Under the pieces are notes generated by a model. It had not been told where the DNA came from. It saw only the letters and a program-made list of their open reading frames with translations, and did not search any database. This document shows, piece after piece, positions 36,615-46,745 of a stretch of 64,000 nucleotides of DNA. The DNA is from Chloroflexota bacterium (GTDB lineage: Bacteria; Chloroflexota; Limnocylindria; Limnocylindrales; CSP1-4). The stretch is from positions 114,953-178,952 of the forward strand of contig PLMA01000042.1 of the NCBI GenBank assembly GCA_003141455.1, written 5' to 3'. Positions within the stretch are counted from its first letter, which is position 1; every line of letters starts with the position of its first letter. The position numbers were made by a program, and so were the translations under genes.

Positions 36615-36804
36615 GGAAGATCTCCTCGACCGGCTTGGTGAAATAGCGTCCGATGGCCAGCGCCAGCGGCAAGGACGGCAAGTACTTGCCGGTCTCGATG
36701 GCGTTGACGGTCTGGCGCGAGACGCCCAGGTGTCTGGCCAGGTCGCCCTGGCTGAGGGTCTGCTGCTCGCGCAGCTTGCGGACGTCGTTCTGCATGCCTG
36801 TCAA
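36595..36804 (-). CDS. XRE-family helix-turn-helix transcriptional regulator
   Basis: 69 aa. The HTH_3 motif is LREQQTLSQGDLARHLGVSRQTVNAIETGKYLPSLPLALAIGRYF. Confidence 0.8.
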   Translation of the reverse strand: MTGMQNDVRKLREQQTLSQGDLARHLGVSRQTVNAIETGKYLPSLPLALAIGRYFTKPVEEIFHDDDKD

Positions 36805-36862
36805 GTCTCCTTGACATTGGTCAGCGGCCCCGAGCGCCCGGCTGGGGCGTTCGCGCAGTAGC

Positions 36863-39454
36863 TCAGGCGACCCAGGGCCTGTGGCGAATGGCGCGGTAGC
36901 CCTCGGCGAAGAGGGCGGGCGCGAGAGCGACGACCGCGACGAGGAGCCAATCGGCAGCGTCGAGCGGGGTTGCCTGGAATGCTTCGGCGAGGGCCGGCAC
37001 GAAGGGGATGACGAGCTGGATGGCTACGCACAGGACGCCACCCAGGAACAGAATCGTGTTGGGGCGCCGCAGCAGCACCGGGTAGGCGAGGCTGCGGTTG
37101 GCATTTGCACGAACCACCTGGCCCACGACCAGTGCGGTATAGGCCAGCCATCTGGCGTGCTCGAAGTCGACGCTGTGCTGCTCGATCAGGTACAGCGCGG
37201 CGAAGGCGCTGAAGCCACCGGCCAGGCAGATGCGGGCCAGTATTCCCCAGCTCAGGATTGGCTCCGTGCGCGGCCGCGGCGGACGGCTCATCGCGCCCGG
37301 TTCCTCCGCCTCGCCGGCGAAGGAGACGGCCGTGAGCATGTCGATGAACACTTCCAGCCATAGGATCTGGATCGGCAGGAGCGGCTGGCTGAATCCCGCG
37401 ATCGTGGCGATGAGGATGAAGCCGAGCATCGCGACGTGCGTCGAGACCAGGAAGACGAGACCTTTCTGGACGTTGGCAACGAGGCGGCGCCCCTCGCGTA
37501 ATCCATGCATGAGCGTTACGAACGAGTCGTCGCCCAGGACCAGGTCCGATGCCCCTCGCGCGACGGCGGTACCGCTCCCCATGGCCACGGCAACGTCGGC
37601 GTGGTGCAGGGCGGGGGCGTCGTTCACGCCGTCGCCCGTCACCGCCACGGTCCGGTTGGAGCGCCGGGCAACGTCCACGATCCGGAGCTTCTGCTCGGGA
37701 ACGGCCCGGGCCACGATGTTCAGAGTGGGCAGTTCGGCGGCCAGGCGGTCGTCGTCCCACTCCGCCAGCTCCGAGCCGGTGACCACCCGCTCGTTGGGCA
37801 GACCCGCGTCGGCCGCGATCGCGGCCGCGGTGGTGGGGTGATCGCCGGTCACGACGAGGGGCTGGATCCCGGCCGCGACGGCGAGGACCATGGCCTCGCG
37901 AATACCGGGCCGGATCCTGTCGGCAAAGGCGAGGACGCCGAGTGGCAGCCACTCCTCGCCTTCGAGGCGGCGCGCCAGCAGCAGTAGCCGCTCGCCCGCC
38001 TCGGCGCCGCTCTCCACCAGGTCCTCCCACCCTCGGAGTTCGGTCGCGGACAGGCCGGAACACATGGCCAGGACGGCTTCGGCCGCGCCCAGGGACAATT
38101 CCTCTTCGGCCGGGTTGCCATCGGGGGTTCGCGTGCGGGCGCGAGTTCGCGAATACGGACGTTCGTCGCTCGCTGGGTCGGCATCGATCAACTCCGACGG
38201 GTCCAGCTCCAGGACGATCGCCTGCTCGGACAGGAAGCCGAAGAGCGACCGGCTGAACGAGCCCGGCTTGCTGCCGGTCGCCACGCTCCAGGCATCCTCC
38301 TCGGCCCGGACCGCGAGGACGGCAAGCTCGGCTACGCGGCGGGGATCCTCCACGACGCCGATCGGCGTGCGGATGGCCGTGAGAGCGAGCTTGTTCTCGG
38401 TGAGAGTACCGGTCTTGTCGGTGACGATCAGATCGACGGAGCCGAGCGTCTCCTGAGCCGAGAGGCGTCGGACGAGGACCTTCATCTGCAGCAGCCGGTA
38501 GGCTCCCAGTCCCAGAACGACTGCCACGAGCGCCGGCGGCTCCTCGGGGATCGCCGCGATCGCCGCCGAGACTCCGGCCAGCACGTTCTTGCCGGCTGGG
38601 TTCCCTCGCAGGAAGCCCAGAGTCACGACGATGGCGATCAGCCCGATTGCCACTACCAGCAGAATCCGGACAAGACGGTCCATCTCGCGCTGGAGCGGCG
38701 ACCGGCGCCGCTCGCGACCAGCGAGGGCCTGCGAGATGCGCCCGAACTCGGTCGTCAGACCGGTCGCGACGACCACGCCCTCGCCCCGCCCTCCGACCAC
38801 GGCCGTACCCGCGTAGGCAATCGAGTGGCATTCGGCCAAGGCGGCGCCTTCGGGATCGGGCTCGACCGAACCGGGTTCCGGCAGCGATTCGCCGGTGAGG
38901 ACGCTGCGATCGAAAGCCAGCGCCTCGGCGCGGATCAACCGCAGATCCGCCGGCGCGACGTCGCCCGTCCGGAGCAGCACCACGTCGCCTGGAACCAGCT
39001 CACGGGTGAGGACGTCGTCTACTCGCCCGTCTCGTCTGACTCTGGCGTACGGGGCAGCGGCCTCGCGCAGCGCCTCGAGCGCCTTCTCGCCGCGGTACTC
39101 CGTGATGACGCCGGCGCCCACGATCGGGGCCAGGATCACGAGCACGAGCAAACCGTCCCGGACCTCGTTGAGGGCGATCGCCAGACAGCCCGCGATGAAC
39201 AACAGGACGACGAAGGGCTCGCGAGCCCCGTCCCAGATGAGCCGCAGCAGCGACGTCTTGCGAACGGCCTCGAGTTCGTTCGGACCGAACCTGGCGAGCC
39301 GCTCCGAGGTCTGTTCTGGTGTGAGCCCGGTGGCGGGATTCGTCCCGAGCCGCTCCAGCACGGAGTCGGAGGTCAGCTGTGCGGCGACGCCGGACAGGTC
39401 AGGGAAAGGGTCGACCGGGCGAGCGGCGGCGCGCTCGCGGGCGGGGAGGTTCAT
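36863..39454 (-). CDS. Cation-translocating P-type ATPase (P2-type, Ca2+/Mg2+-like)
   Basis: 863 aa. Phosphorylation motif DKTGTLT, TGES-like motif LTGESLP, hinge motif VTGDGVNDAPAL and ten TM segments. Confidence 0.9.
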   Translation of the reverse strand: MNLPARERAAARPVDPFPDLSGVAAQLTSDSVLERLGTNPATGLTPEQTSERLARFGPNELEAVRKTSLLRLIWDGAREPFVVLLFIAGCLAIALNEVRDGLLVLVILAPIVGAGVITEYRGEKALEALREAAAPYARVRRDGRVDDVLTRELVPGDVVLLRTGDVAPADLRLIRAEALAFDRSVLTGESLPEPGSVEPDPEGAALAECHSIAYAGTAVVGGRGEGVVVATGLTTEFGRISQALAGRERRRSPLQREMDRLVRILLVVAIGLIAIVVTLGFLRGNPAGKNVLAGVSAAIAAIPEEPPALVAVVLGLGAYRLLQMKVLVRRLSAQETLGSVDLIVTDKTGTLTENKLALTAIRTPIGVVEDPRRVAELAVLAVRAEEDAWSVATGSKPGSFSRSLFGFLSEQAIVLELDPSELIDADPASDERPYSRTRARTRTPDGNPAEEELSLGAAEAVLAMCSGLSATELRGWEDLVESGAEAGERLLLLARRLEGEEWLPLGVLAFADRIRPGIREAMVLAVAAGIQPLVVTGDHPTTAAAIAADAGLPNERVVTGSELAEWDDDRLAAELPTLNIVARAVPEQKLRIVDVARRSNRTVAVTGDGVNDAPALHHADVAVAMGSGTAVARGASDLVLGDDSFVTLMHGLREGRRLVANVQKGLVFLVSTHVAMLGFILIATIAGFSQPLLPIQILWLEVFIDMLTAVSFAGEAEEPGAMSRPPRPRTEPILSWGILARICLAGGFSAFAALYLIEQHSVDFEHARWLAYTALVVGQVVRANANRSLAYPVLLRRPNTILFLGGVLCVAIQLVIPFVPALAEAFQATPLDAADWLLVAVVALAPALFAEGYRAIRHRPWVA

Positions 39455-39537
39455 GCCAACCTACACATCGAGCCGGGTCCGCTGCTCGGTTGTCATGCTT
39501 CCGGACGTCCGCCCCGACGCCGCCCCTAGAATGAGGC

Positions 39538-39888
39538 ATGAACCAGAGTCCCGCAAACACGCCCGTCAACATCAACGCGGACCGTGCCGCCGGCCTGCTG
39601 ACCATAGATTGGGCGGACGGCCATCGCAGCGAATACGATGCGGTGCCGCTTCGTCTTCTGTGTCCGTGCGCCTTTTGCCGAGGCGAGGCGGAGCGACCGG
39701 GATGGCTCGACACGAATCCAACCCTGACCGCCGAGCAGACCCAGATAGTCGGGGCGCGGCTCGTCGGGCAATACGCGATCGCCATGACGTGGGCGGACGG
39801 CCACGACACCGGGTACTACACATACGAGTCCCTCCGGGACAATTGCCCCTGCCAGGCCTGCACGATCGAGCGAGCCCGTCAGGGCTGA
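39538..39888 (+). CDS. DUF971 family protein (gamma-butyrobetaine hydroxylase-like N-terminal Zn-ribbon domain)
   Basis: 116 aa. The duplicated pattern LTIDWADGHRSEYDAVPLRLLCPCAFC ... AMTWADGHDTGYYTYESLRDNCPCQAC is characteristic of DUF971. Confidence 0.65.
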   Translation: MNQSPANTPVNINADRAAGLLTIDWADGHRSEYDAVPLRLLCPCAFCRGEAERPGWLDTNPTLTAEQTQIVGARLVGQYAIAMTWADGHDTGYYTYESLRDNCPCQACTIERARQG

Positions 39889-39934
39889 GACACACCGATG
39901 CCCAATCCAGTCGGCACCAGTAGAAGGAGACCGA

Positions 39935-40282
39935 ATGATCGTCACCACAACTCCCTACCTGACCGGTTTCCAGGTCACCGAGGTCAAGGGCCAGGTCTTT
40001 GGCCTGGTGGTCCGAAGCCGCGGCTTCGCAGGCAACTTCGTCGCGGGACTGCGCTCGCTGGTAGGCGGCGAGATCCACGAGTACACGCAGCTGCTCGAGG
40101 ACACCCGGCGGCAGGCCCTGGATCGAATGGTCCAGAACGCAACTCTGATGGGCGCCAACGCGGTCCTCTCCATGCGCTTCGACTCGTCCGAGATCGGCAG
40201 CACGATGTCCGAGATCGTCGCCTACGGCACCGCGGTGGTCGTCGTACCGGGCGCCAACGCCGGCCAGCCGGTCGCCGAATAG
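39935..40282 (+). CDS. YbjQ/UPF0145 family heavy-metal-binding-domain protein
   Basis: 115 aa. The motifs TTTPYLTGFQVTEVKGQVFGLVVRSRG...GANAVLSMRFDSSEIG are typical of YbjQ_1. Confidence 0.7.
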   Translation: MIVTTTPYLTGFQVTEVKGQVFGLVVRSRGFAGNFVAGLRSLVGGEIHEYTQLLEDTRRQALDRMVQNATLMGANAVLSMRFDSSEIGSTMSEIVAYGTAVVVVPGANAGQPVAE

Positions 40283-40298
40283 CGGAGTCGGCGCGACC

Positions 40299-40592
40299 AT
40301 GGCGATGCCTGACGTCTACACCTGGATCGCCTGGGCCCTGGCCGGCCTGGCGTTCGTCCTGGGCATCCAGGTGCTGGGAGTGGCTGGGCTGTTCGTCGTC
40401 GTCGTCGTCGGGCTCGTGGTCCTGACCGCCGCCGGGTTCATGGCCGGACAGCGCGTCCGGCGCCGCCACTCCCGTCCGGATCCGCGCTTCCAGCCCACGC
40501 CGGAGGTCTTCCGAGACCCACGCACCGGCCAGACCATGCGGGTCCACGTCGACGAGAAGACCGGCGAACGCCGCTACTGGAAGGCGCGCTGA
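40299..40592 (+). CDS. Small two-TM membrane protein with a conserved C-terminal tail (RDPRTGQTMRVHVDEKTGERRYWKA)
   Basis: 97-aa ORF with two hydrophobic helices and a basic, conserved C-terminus. A paralog lies immediately downstream. Confidence 0.5.
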   Translation: MAMPDVYTWIAWALAGLAFVLGIQVLGVAGLFVVVVVGLVVLTAAGFMAGQRVRRRHSRPDPRFQPTPEVFRDPRTGQTMRVHVDEKTGERRYWKAR

Positions 40593-40629
40593 CGGCCGCG
40601 CCCGGCCGCGAGTCAGCCAGGAGGCGGGC

Positions 40630-40976
40630 ATGCTCCACCTATCGATTCGGGCTCTGGCCTTCGTCCTGGGCCTCCTCATGTTCCTGGGGGGAGTGGCCAC
40701 GGTCAGCCTCGGCGGGCCGGAGGGTCTGACCGGCGCATGGGTCATCCTGGTCGGTTCCGCGTTCATGATCGGCGCTGTCTTGCAGCGTTCCCGCTATCGC
40801 CCGGAGGTGACCGAGCGCAGCAACGTCGACCCCGGCCCCGGCGGGGCGAGACGGGCTGGCTCGAGCCCCGTTTCGTGCCCACGACCGAGCTCTTCCCGGA
40901 CCCCACGAGCCAACGCCTGATGCGGGTCTACGTCGATTCTCGAACCGGCGAGCGCCACTACAAGGCCGAGGCGTGA
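40630..40976 (+). pseudogene. Frameshifted paralog of the 40299..40592 small membrane protein
   Basis: Frame A (40630..) encodes the two-TM N-terminus. The conserved tail ...RFVPTTELFPDPTSQRLMRVYVDSRTGERHYKAEA is in a different frame (40737..40976). The shift lies in the run gaccccggccccggcgggg near 40830-40850. Confidence 0.45.
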
Positions 40977-41057
40977 CGGGACGCGGGCCCCGGCGGGCAC
41001 AGTTCTCCGGGCGCGGTATGGACGGCGCCTATTGCGCTGCGGCCGCGACTGGCGAGA

Positions 41058-43280
41058 ATGGGCCGATGCACTCAACTCCCCGTTGAGACGACAAACGTCG
41101 AGGCGTACGGGATACAAGTGACCGCCATCGTTCGAAGGACCTCCGCCAGATCGGCCTCCGCCGGTCGCAAGGCCGGCTCGGAGTTCCCGTACATCAACCG
41201 CGAGTTGAGCTCATTGGAGTTCAACCGCCGCGTCTTGTACGAAGCCCGCGACGTGCGCAATCCGGTCCTCGAGCGCGTCAAGTTCCTGGCCATCTTCGCC
41301 AGCAACATGGACGAGTTCTTCCAGATCCGCGTCGCCGGCCTGATGGATCAGGCCGCGGCGAAGGCCGCCCCCAGCACTCCCGGCGAGCACCCGGCGGCCG
41401 AGCAGCTGGCAGCCATTCGGGCCCGCTTCCGCGAGCTGCTCGTGGAGCAGCACGACGCCTTCGACGAGGTCTGCTCGGCGCTGAACGACGCGGGGCTCGA
41501 GATCGTCGACTACGCGGAAGTGCCAGAACACCACGCCGCCCTGCGCCGGCGGTTCATCGACGAGATCTCCCCGGTCCTGACCCCCCTGACCGTCGACCCC
41601 GGCCATCCGTTCCCGTATATCAGCACTCTCAGCCTCTCCGTAGCGATCCGCCTTGAAGACCCGGAGGAGCACGAGGAACGGTTCGCCCGGGTCAAGGTGC
41701 CGCCCGTGCTGCCGCGGTTCCTCGAGATCGAGCCGCACAGGTTCGTCCTGCTGGAGCAGGTCATCGCAGCCAACCTGGACCGGCTCTTCTTCGGCATGAT
41801 GATCCACGAGACGCACTTCTTCCGGATCACGCGCAACGCCGACCTCGAGCTCGAGGAAGACGAAGCCGACGATCTGATGATGGCGATCGAGGAGGAGCTC
41901 CGGCGCAGGCGGTTCGGCGAGGCCGTCCGGCTCGAGGTGGACCAGGCCATGCCGGCCTCGATGCGCCGGATTCTGGAGCATGGCGTGGGCGTCGACCCCG
42001 AGGACTGCTACGAGATCTCCGGCATGCTGGATCACACCGGGCTGTGGCAGATCGCCGCGCAGGACCGGCCCGACCTCGGGCTGCCTCCCTACTCGCCCGT
42101 GGTGCCGCCGCGTCTGGTTCCGCCGGACGAGGACGAGCCGGCCGACGTCTTCGCCGCCGTCCGCTCGGGCGACATCCTGGTGCACCACCCATACGAGAGC
42201 TTCGCGGCCTCGACTCAGAGGTTCATCGCCCAGGCCGCCGGCGATCCCGACGTTCTGTCTATCAAGATGACCCTGTACCGCACCAGCGGCGACTCGCCCA
42301 TCGTGCGAGACCTCATCTCGGCCGCCGAACGAGGCACGGAAGTCGTGGTCCTGGTCGAGATCAAGGCCCGCTTCGACGAACAGGCGAACATCACCTGGGC
42401 GCGCAAGCTCGAGCAGGCCGGCGCGCACGTCGTCTACGGTCTGGTCGGCCTCAAGACGCACTCCAAGACGGCGCTCGTCGTCCGCCGCGAAGGCTCGACG
42501 CTGCGCCTGTACGTCCACATCGGCACGGGCAACTACAACTCCGGCACGGCTCGCTTGTACACGGACTTCGGCCTGCTCTCCTGCCGGCCCGAGCTCGGGG
42601 CCGACGTCAGCGATCTCTTCAACGTCCTGACCGGCCTGTCGCGGCAGCGCGACTTCAGGCGACTGATCGTGGCCCCGATGAACCTGCGCCGCTGGGTTCT
42701 CGAGATGATCCGGCGGGAGGCCGACCACGCCAGGGCCGGCCGGCCAGCCCACATCATTCTCAAGCTGAATTCGCTGGTCGATCCGGCATGCGTTGCCGCT
42801 CTCTACGCCGCCCGGCAGGCCGGCGTCGAGATAGACCTGATCATCCGTGGCATCTGCTCGTTGTGGCCCGGCGTGCCGGACGTCAGCGACGGCATCCGCG
42901 TGCGCTCGGTCGTGGGTCAGTACCTTGAGCACTCGCGCGTCTTCCATTTCGCCAATGACGGCCACCCTGAGTGGTACATCGGCTCGGCCGATCTCATGGA
43001 GCGAAACCTCGACAGGCGCGTCGAGGCCCTGGTGCCGATCGAGGATCCGGAAGCGCAGCGCAGCGTCCAGGCCGTGATCGAAGTCCTGCTCGCCGACGAC
43101 AGGCGCTCCTGGCAGTTGGGCTCTGACGGCGCGTACCGCCGCACCGAGGAACTCACCGGCGTTCCGGGTACCATCGACATCTTCGAGACGCTGCAGAAGC
43201 GGGCCATCGCGTCGTCGACGGCCGTCGCAGCGCCGCGACGGCCGCATGCCGGCATCGGATCGCTCGATCCAAGGGCGTAG
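41058..43280 (+). CDS. ppk: Polyphosphate kinase 1
   Basis: 740 aa. N-terminal motif YINRELSSLEFNRRVL. PLD-like C-terminal domains. The conserved His sits in an LVGLKTHSK-like motif. Confidence 0.9.
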   Translation: MGRCTQLPVETTNVEAYGIQVTAIVRRTSARSASAGRKAGSEFPYINRELSSLEFNRRVLYEARDVRNPVLERVKFLAIFASNMDEFFQIRVAGLMDQAAAKAAPSTPGEHPAAEQLAAIRARFRELLVEQHDAFDEVCSALNDAGLEIVDYAEVPEHHAALRRRFIDEISPVLTPLTVDPGHPFPYISTLSLSVAIRLEDPEEHEERFARVKVPPVLPRFLEIEPHRFVLLEQVIAANLDRLFFGMMIHETHFFRITRNADLELEEDEADDLMMAIEEELRRRRFGEAVRLEVDQAMPASMRRILEHGVGVDPEDCYEISGMLDHTGLWQIAAQDRPDLGLPPYSPVVPPRLVPPDEDEPADVFAAVRSGDILVHHPYESFAASTQRFIAQAAGDPDVLSIKMTLYRTSGDSPIVRDLISAAERGTEVVVLVEIKARFDEQANITWARKLEQAGAHVVYGLVGLKTHSKTALVVRREGSTLRLYVHIGTGNYNSGTARLYTDFGLLSCRPELGADVSDLFNVLTGLSRQRDFRRLIVAPMNLRRWVLEMIRREADHARAGRPAHIILKLNSLVDPACVAALYAARQAGVEIDLIIRGICSLWPGVPDVSDGIRVRSVVGQYLEHSRVFHFANDGHPEWYIGSADLMERNLDRRVEALVPIEDPEAQRSVQAVIEVLLADDRRSWQLGSDGAYRRTEELTGVPGTIDIFETLQKRAIASSTAVAAPRRPHAGIGSLDPRA

Positions 43281-43301
43281 CGGCAAGGCCGGAGGGCATC
43301 G

Positions 43302-45182
43302 GTGGCCACGGAGCGCAAGATCGAGGTCGAGCTCAAGTACCAGGTCACGACCCCTGGCGGCGCTGATCGCTACCTCGTGGCGCCCGAAATCGGCCCGTTC
43401 AAGCCCGTCGGCCAGATCCGGTCGGTCCGGCTCGAGGACGGCTACGTCGACTCGGCCGACTGGGGACTGGCCAGGGCCGGCTTCGCGGCTCGCCTGCGCC
43501 GGACTTCCGCGGGAACGCTCATCAGCGTGAAGGCGCACGCCACGTCCGGCGTCCGGCTGCATCGGCGCGAGGAGATCGAAGGCCCGGCCGACGCGGCCAG
43601 TGCGCCTAGAGACTGGCCCGACTCACAGGCCCGAACGGTCGTCCTCGAACTGTGCGGCGACGAGCCGCTGATCGAGCTTCTCAAGATCCGACAGCTGCGC
43701 AGAGTCCGCCGTCTCGAGGCCGGCGAGTCCAGGGCTGAGCTGAGCCTGGACGAGGTCGAGGTCTTCGGCAACGACACGCTGCTCGAACGTTTCGATGAGC
43801 TGGAGGTGGAACTCAAGAAGGGGGGCGAGGAGCCCCTGGAGGCCCTCGCGGACCTATTCGACCGGGACGAGGCCCTCCGCCCTGTCTCGGGATCCAAGCT
43901 GGACCGAGCGGTCCTGGCGATGAGGACGGCCTTGCCAACCATGCCCGAAGCGGTACGGAGGCGTTGGAGCACGGCTCCGCCGGAGCTGCTCGACGGCAAG
44001 TCGAAAGCCGCCAGACGCAAAGGCCGAGCCGCGAGCGAGGGCGCCACGACCGACGGCCTCGCCAGGCCTCCGCGAGATGCCACCCGGTCCTCGACTGACC
44101 CCGCCGCCACGTCCGAGACGGATCCGGGAACCTCCCGAGTCAGCGAGGCGGAACCTGCGGCCTCGGCGCCGGGCGGGCCAGAGTCCGAGTCGTCCGAGTC
44201 CCAGCCTGAGCCCGCGCCCCAGACGCCCATCCTCGCGCGTCGCCCCGGGCCTCGCACGCTTGGGATCGTGGCGGACGACAGCCTGCCGGAAGCCGCCCGG
44301 AAGGTCCTCCGGTTCCATTTCGCCCGGATGCAGAACCGAGAAGCCGGAGCCCGGAACGGAGACGACGCGGAGGATCTGCACGACATGCGGGTCGCGGTAC
44401 GGCGGATGCGAGCGGCCTGGCGGGTCTTCGACGACGCTTTCAAGTCGAGCCGCACCAAACGCCTGAGGCGGCGTCTGGAGAGCCTCTCCGACAAGCTCGG
44501 CTCGGTGAGAGACCTGGACGTGCTGACGCAAGGGCTGGAGGCCTATCGCCTTGGCCTGGATCCCGAGCAGCAGCCGGGCCTGGACCCGCTGCTGTCGCTC
44601 TGGGCCCGGCAACGTTCGTCTGCGCGAAGACAGCTCATCGAAGAGCTCGACTCGGGCGGGTACTCCGCCTTTGTCCGCGAGATGGAGGAATTCCTCGCGG
44701 CGGGCTCGAACGCGGCCGCCTCCGTGCCCACTCCCACGATCCCCCACCGAGTCAGGGACACGGCACCGTCCCAGATCTGGGCAGCCTACGAGGCGGTCCG
44801 GGCCTATGAGCTGGTCCTGCCCTGGGCCGACATCGAGACCATTCACCAGCTGCGGATCGCCACCAAGTGGCTCCGCTACACGCTGGAGTTCTTCGGCGAG
44901 ACTCTGGGCCCGGACGGCCCGCGCCTCCTGGGCCGTGTGGCCGCCCTCCAGGACTTCCTGGGCGATCTCCACGACGCCGACGTCGCCGCCAAGCTCGCCC
45001 GAGACGTGCTGGTGGCCCGGGCCGGCGAGTTGTCCCGCACGGAGACCGAGGCGATCGGCGCGTACCTCCACTCCCGCGAGCGAGAGCTGGTGCGGCGCCG
45101 TCGTTCGCTCGGCCCGATCTGGCGTGCGGTCAACGGGGCGCCGTTCAGGCGAGCTCTGGGTCGAGCCGCGGCAGCTTTGTAG
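43302..45182 (+). CDS. CYTH (triphosphate tunnel metalloenzyme) and CHAD domain-containing protein
   Basis: The N-terminus has the EVELKY CYTH signature. The C-terminal CHAD domain has DLHDMRVAVRRMRAAWRVF...LGDLHD. A low-complexity linker lies between them. It is directly downstream of ppk1. Confidence 0.75.
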   Translation: MATERKIEVELKYQVTTPGGADRYLVAPEIGPFKPVGQIRSVRLEDGYVDSADWGLARAGFAARLRRTSAGTLISVKAHATSGVRLHRREEIEGPADAASAPRDWPDSQARTVVLELCGDEPLIELLKIRQLRRVRRLEAGESRAELSLDEVEVFGNDTLLERFDELEVELKKGGEEPLEALADLFDRDEALRPVSGSKLDRAVLAMRTALPTMPEAVRRRWSTAPPELLDGKSKAARRKGRAASEGATTDGLARPPRDATRSSTDPAATSETDPGTSRVSEAEPAASAPGGPESESSESQPEPAPQTPILARRPGPRTLGIVADDSLPEAARKVLRFHFARMQNREAGARNGDDAEDLHDMRVAVRRMRAAWRVFDDAFKSSRTKRLRRRLESLSDKLGSVRDLDVLTQGLEAYRLGLDPEQQPGLDPLLSLWARQRSSARRQLIEELDSGGYSAFVREMEEFLAAGSNAAASVPTPTIPHRVRDTAPSQIWAAYEAVRAYELVLPWADIETIHQLRIATKWLRYTLEFFGETLGPDGPRLLGRVAALQDFLGDLHDADVAAKLARDVLVARAGELSRTETEAIGAYLHSRERELVRRRRSLGPIWRAVNGAPFRRALGRAAAAL

Positions 45183-45400
45183 CCGCACCGGAGCGGCGCC
45201 GCACCAGGAACTAGCGGGACCGGCTACCCGCCGCGGGTGGACCGCTTTTCGTGACTGTATGCTTGCCAGCCAAGAGGTACGGCGTCGCCGCGTTCCTCTT
45301 CCGTGGCCTCGTGCCGATACCCGCATGCATCGCTGGATGCGGCGGGCCGCCGAACTCGCCACGGGCATGGACGGCGCACGATCTCCGGGCAGGGTCCAGA

Positions 45401-46084
45401 GTGCAGGCAAGCGACCGATTCGGCGCCCACGTCCATCGCGACGTCTTCGATCAGGAACTGCTCCTGGTCAAGGAAGGCGTCGTGCGCATGGGCGTCCTGG
45501 TCGAAACCGCGATCGACTCCGCGGTCGCCGCTCTCGCGGCCCGTGACACCCGGGCGGCCGCGGACGTAGTCGCCGGCGATCGGGCCATCAACGAGGCTCA
45601 CGCCGAGCTGACAACCCTGATCGTGACCACGATCGCGACGCAATCCCCCGTCGCCACGGATCTTCGGTTCCTGATCGCCCTGGCTCACATCGCCTACGAG
45701 CTCGAGCGGATCGGAGATCACGCCGCCGGCGTGGCGAAGCGGGTCGCCAGGATCGGGTCCATGGCCTCCTCCGCGGATTCGGGGCTCGTGACGATTGGAG
45801 AGCTGACCGGCAGCATGCTCCACGGGGTCCTTCGATCGCTCGTCGATCTCGACGCGACAGAGGCCCGCGCCATGGCCGGACGCGATGACGAGATCGACCG
45901 CCTCTACCACTCCTACTTCGAGCGCGCGCTGGAGCGCATGAGGACCGACCCTGCCTGGGTGGACACCGGGGCGCACCTGCTCTTTGCCGCCAAGGACCTG
46001 GAGCGCATCGGCGACCGAGCCACGAACATCGCCGAGGAAGTGGTTCTCCTGTCCACCGGCGAGGTCGTCGACCTCAACCCCTGA
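45401..46084 (+). CDS. phoU: Phosphate signalling complex protein PhoU
   Basis: The six-helix PhoU repeat is DRAINEAHAEL...[14 protein letters not shown] ... [12 protein letters not shown]...LERIGDRATNIAEEVV. I prefer the GTG at 45401. The longer ORF from 45251 is a likely over-extension. Confidence 0.8.
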   Translation: MQASDRFGAHVHRDVFDQELLLVKEGVVRMGVLVETAIDSAVAALAARDTRAAADVVAGDRAINEAHAELTTLIVTTIATQSPVATDLRFLIALAHIAYELERIGDHAAGVAKRVARIGSMASSADSGLVTIGELTGSMLHGVLRSLVDLDATEARAMAGRDDEIDRLYHSYFERALERMRTDPAWVDTGAHLLFAAKDLERIGDRATNIAEEVVLLSTGEVVDLNP

Positions 46085-46138
46085 CCCGCATCGCACAGTC
46101 CGGCCCGCACAGAGCCGGCGGCGTGCGATCATCGACGT

Positions 46139-46648
46139 GTGAGAACGCAGCCATCGATCCAGTTGCACCTGCTCCGGCACGCCCATGCGGGCGATCCCCT
46201 CAAGTGGACCGGCGCCGACGACGTCCGCCCGCTATCCGAGAGGGGTCGTTGTCAGGCGGAACGGCTGGGCCTCTTCCTGGCGAAGACCGGCTTCGAGCCG
46301 GATCTGATCCTGAGCTCCCCGAAGCTTCGAGCCCTGGAGACGGCCCGGCTAGTGGCGACGCCCCTGGGACTGCCGACCCGGGTCGTCGACGCGCTCGCCG
46401 GTCCGCTGGACATCGACACCCTGGAAGAGTTGCTCCACGCCTCGGGCAACCCAGTGCGGCCATTGCTGGTGGGCCACGACCCGGATTTCAGCGTTCTTGC
46501 GGCCGAGCTCGTGGGCGTGGCGGACCTGGCGATACGCAAAGGGACGCTGGTGCGAATAGACCTCGACCGGCCGATCCGGCCTGGAGCCGGCGTACTTCGG
46601 TGGTTCGTTCCTCCCGACCTGCTCGCCACCCGCGATCACCCCGATTGA
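46139..46648 (+). CDS. Histidine phosphatase family protein (SixA-like phosphohistidine phosphatase)
   Basis: 169 aa. The N-terminal catalytic motif is LHLLRHAHAGD (RHG), and the C-terminal motif is LLVGHDPDFS. Confidence 0.7.
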   Translation: MRTQPSIQLHLLRHAHAGDPLKWTGADDVRPLSERGRCQAERLGLFLAKTGFEPDLILSSPKLRALETARLVATPLGLPTRVVDALAGPLDIDTLEELLHASGNPVRPLLVGHDPDFSVLAAELVGVADLAIRKGTLVRIDLDRPIRPGAGVLRWFVPPDLLATRDHPD

Positions 46649-46745
46649 CGCTCGGCAGGGGCGCGGTATGCTTCGCCGACGTCCCACGTGCGCCGGGATC
46701 CTGAGGCGCGCCGCCGCCGCGAAGGCATCGCGGATTAGGAGACCG

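Noticed and set aside
43302-45182. Possible mobile element or recombinase signal near ppk (long low-complexity linker, repeated SSESS/AA tracts)
   Set aside because: The region is a single CYTH-CHAD ORF. The low-complexity stretch is an inter-domain linker. No integrase, transposase or inverted repeats were seen.
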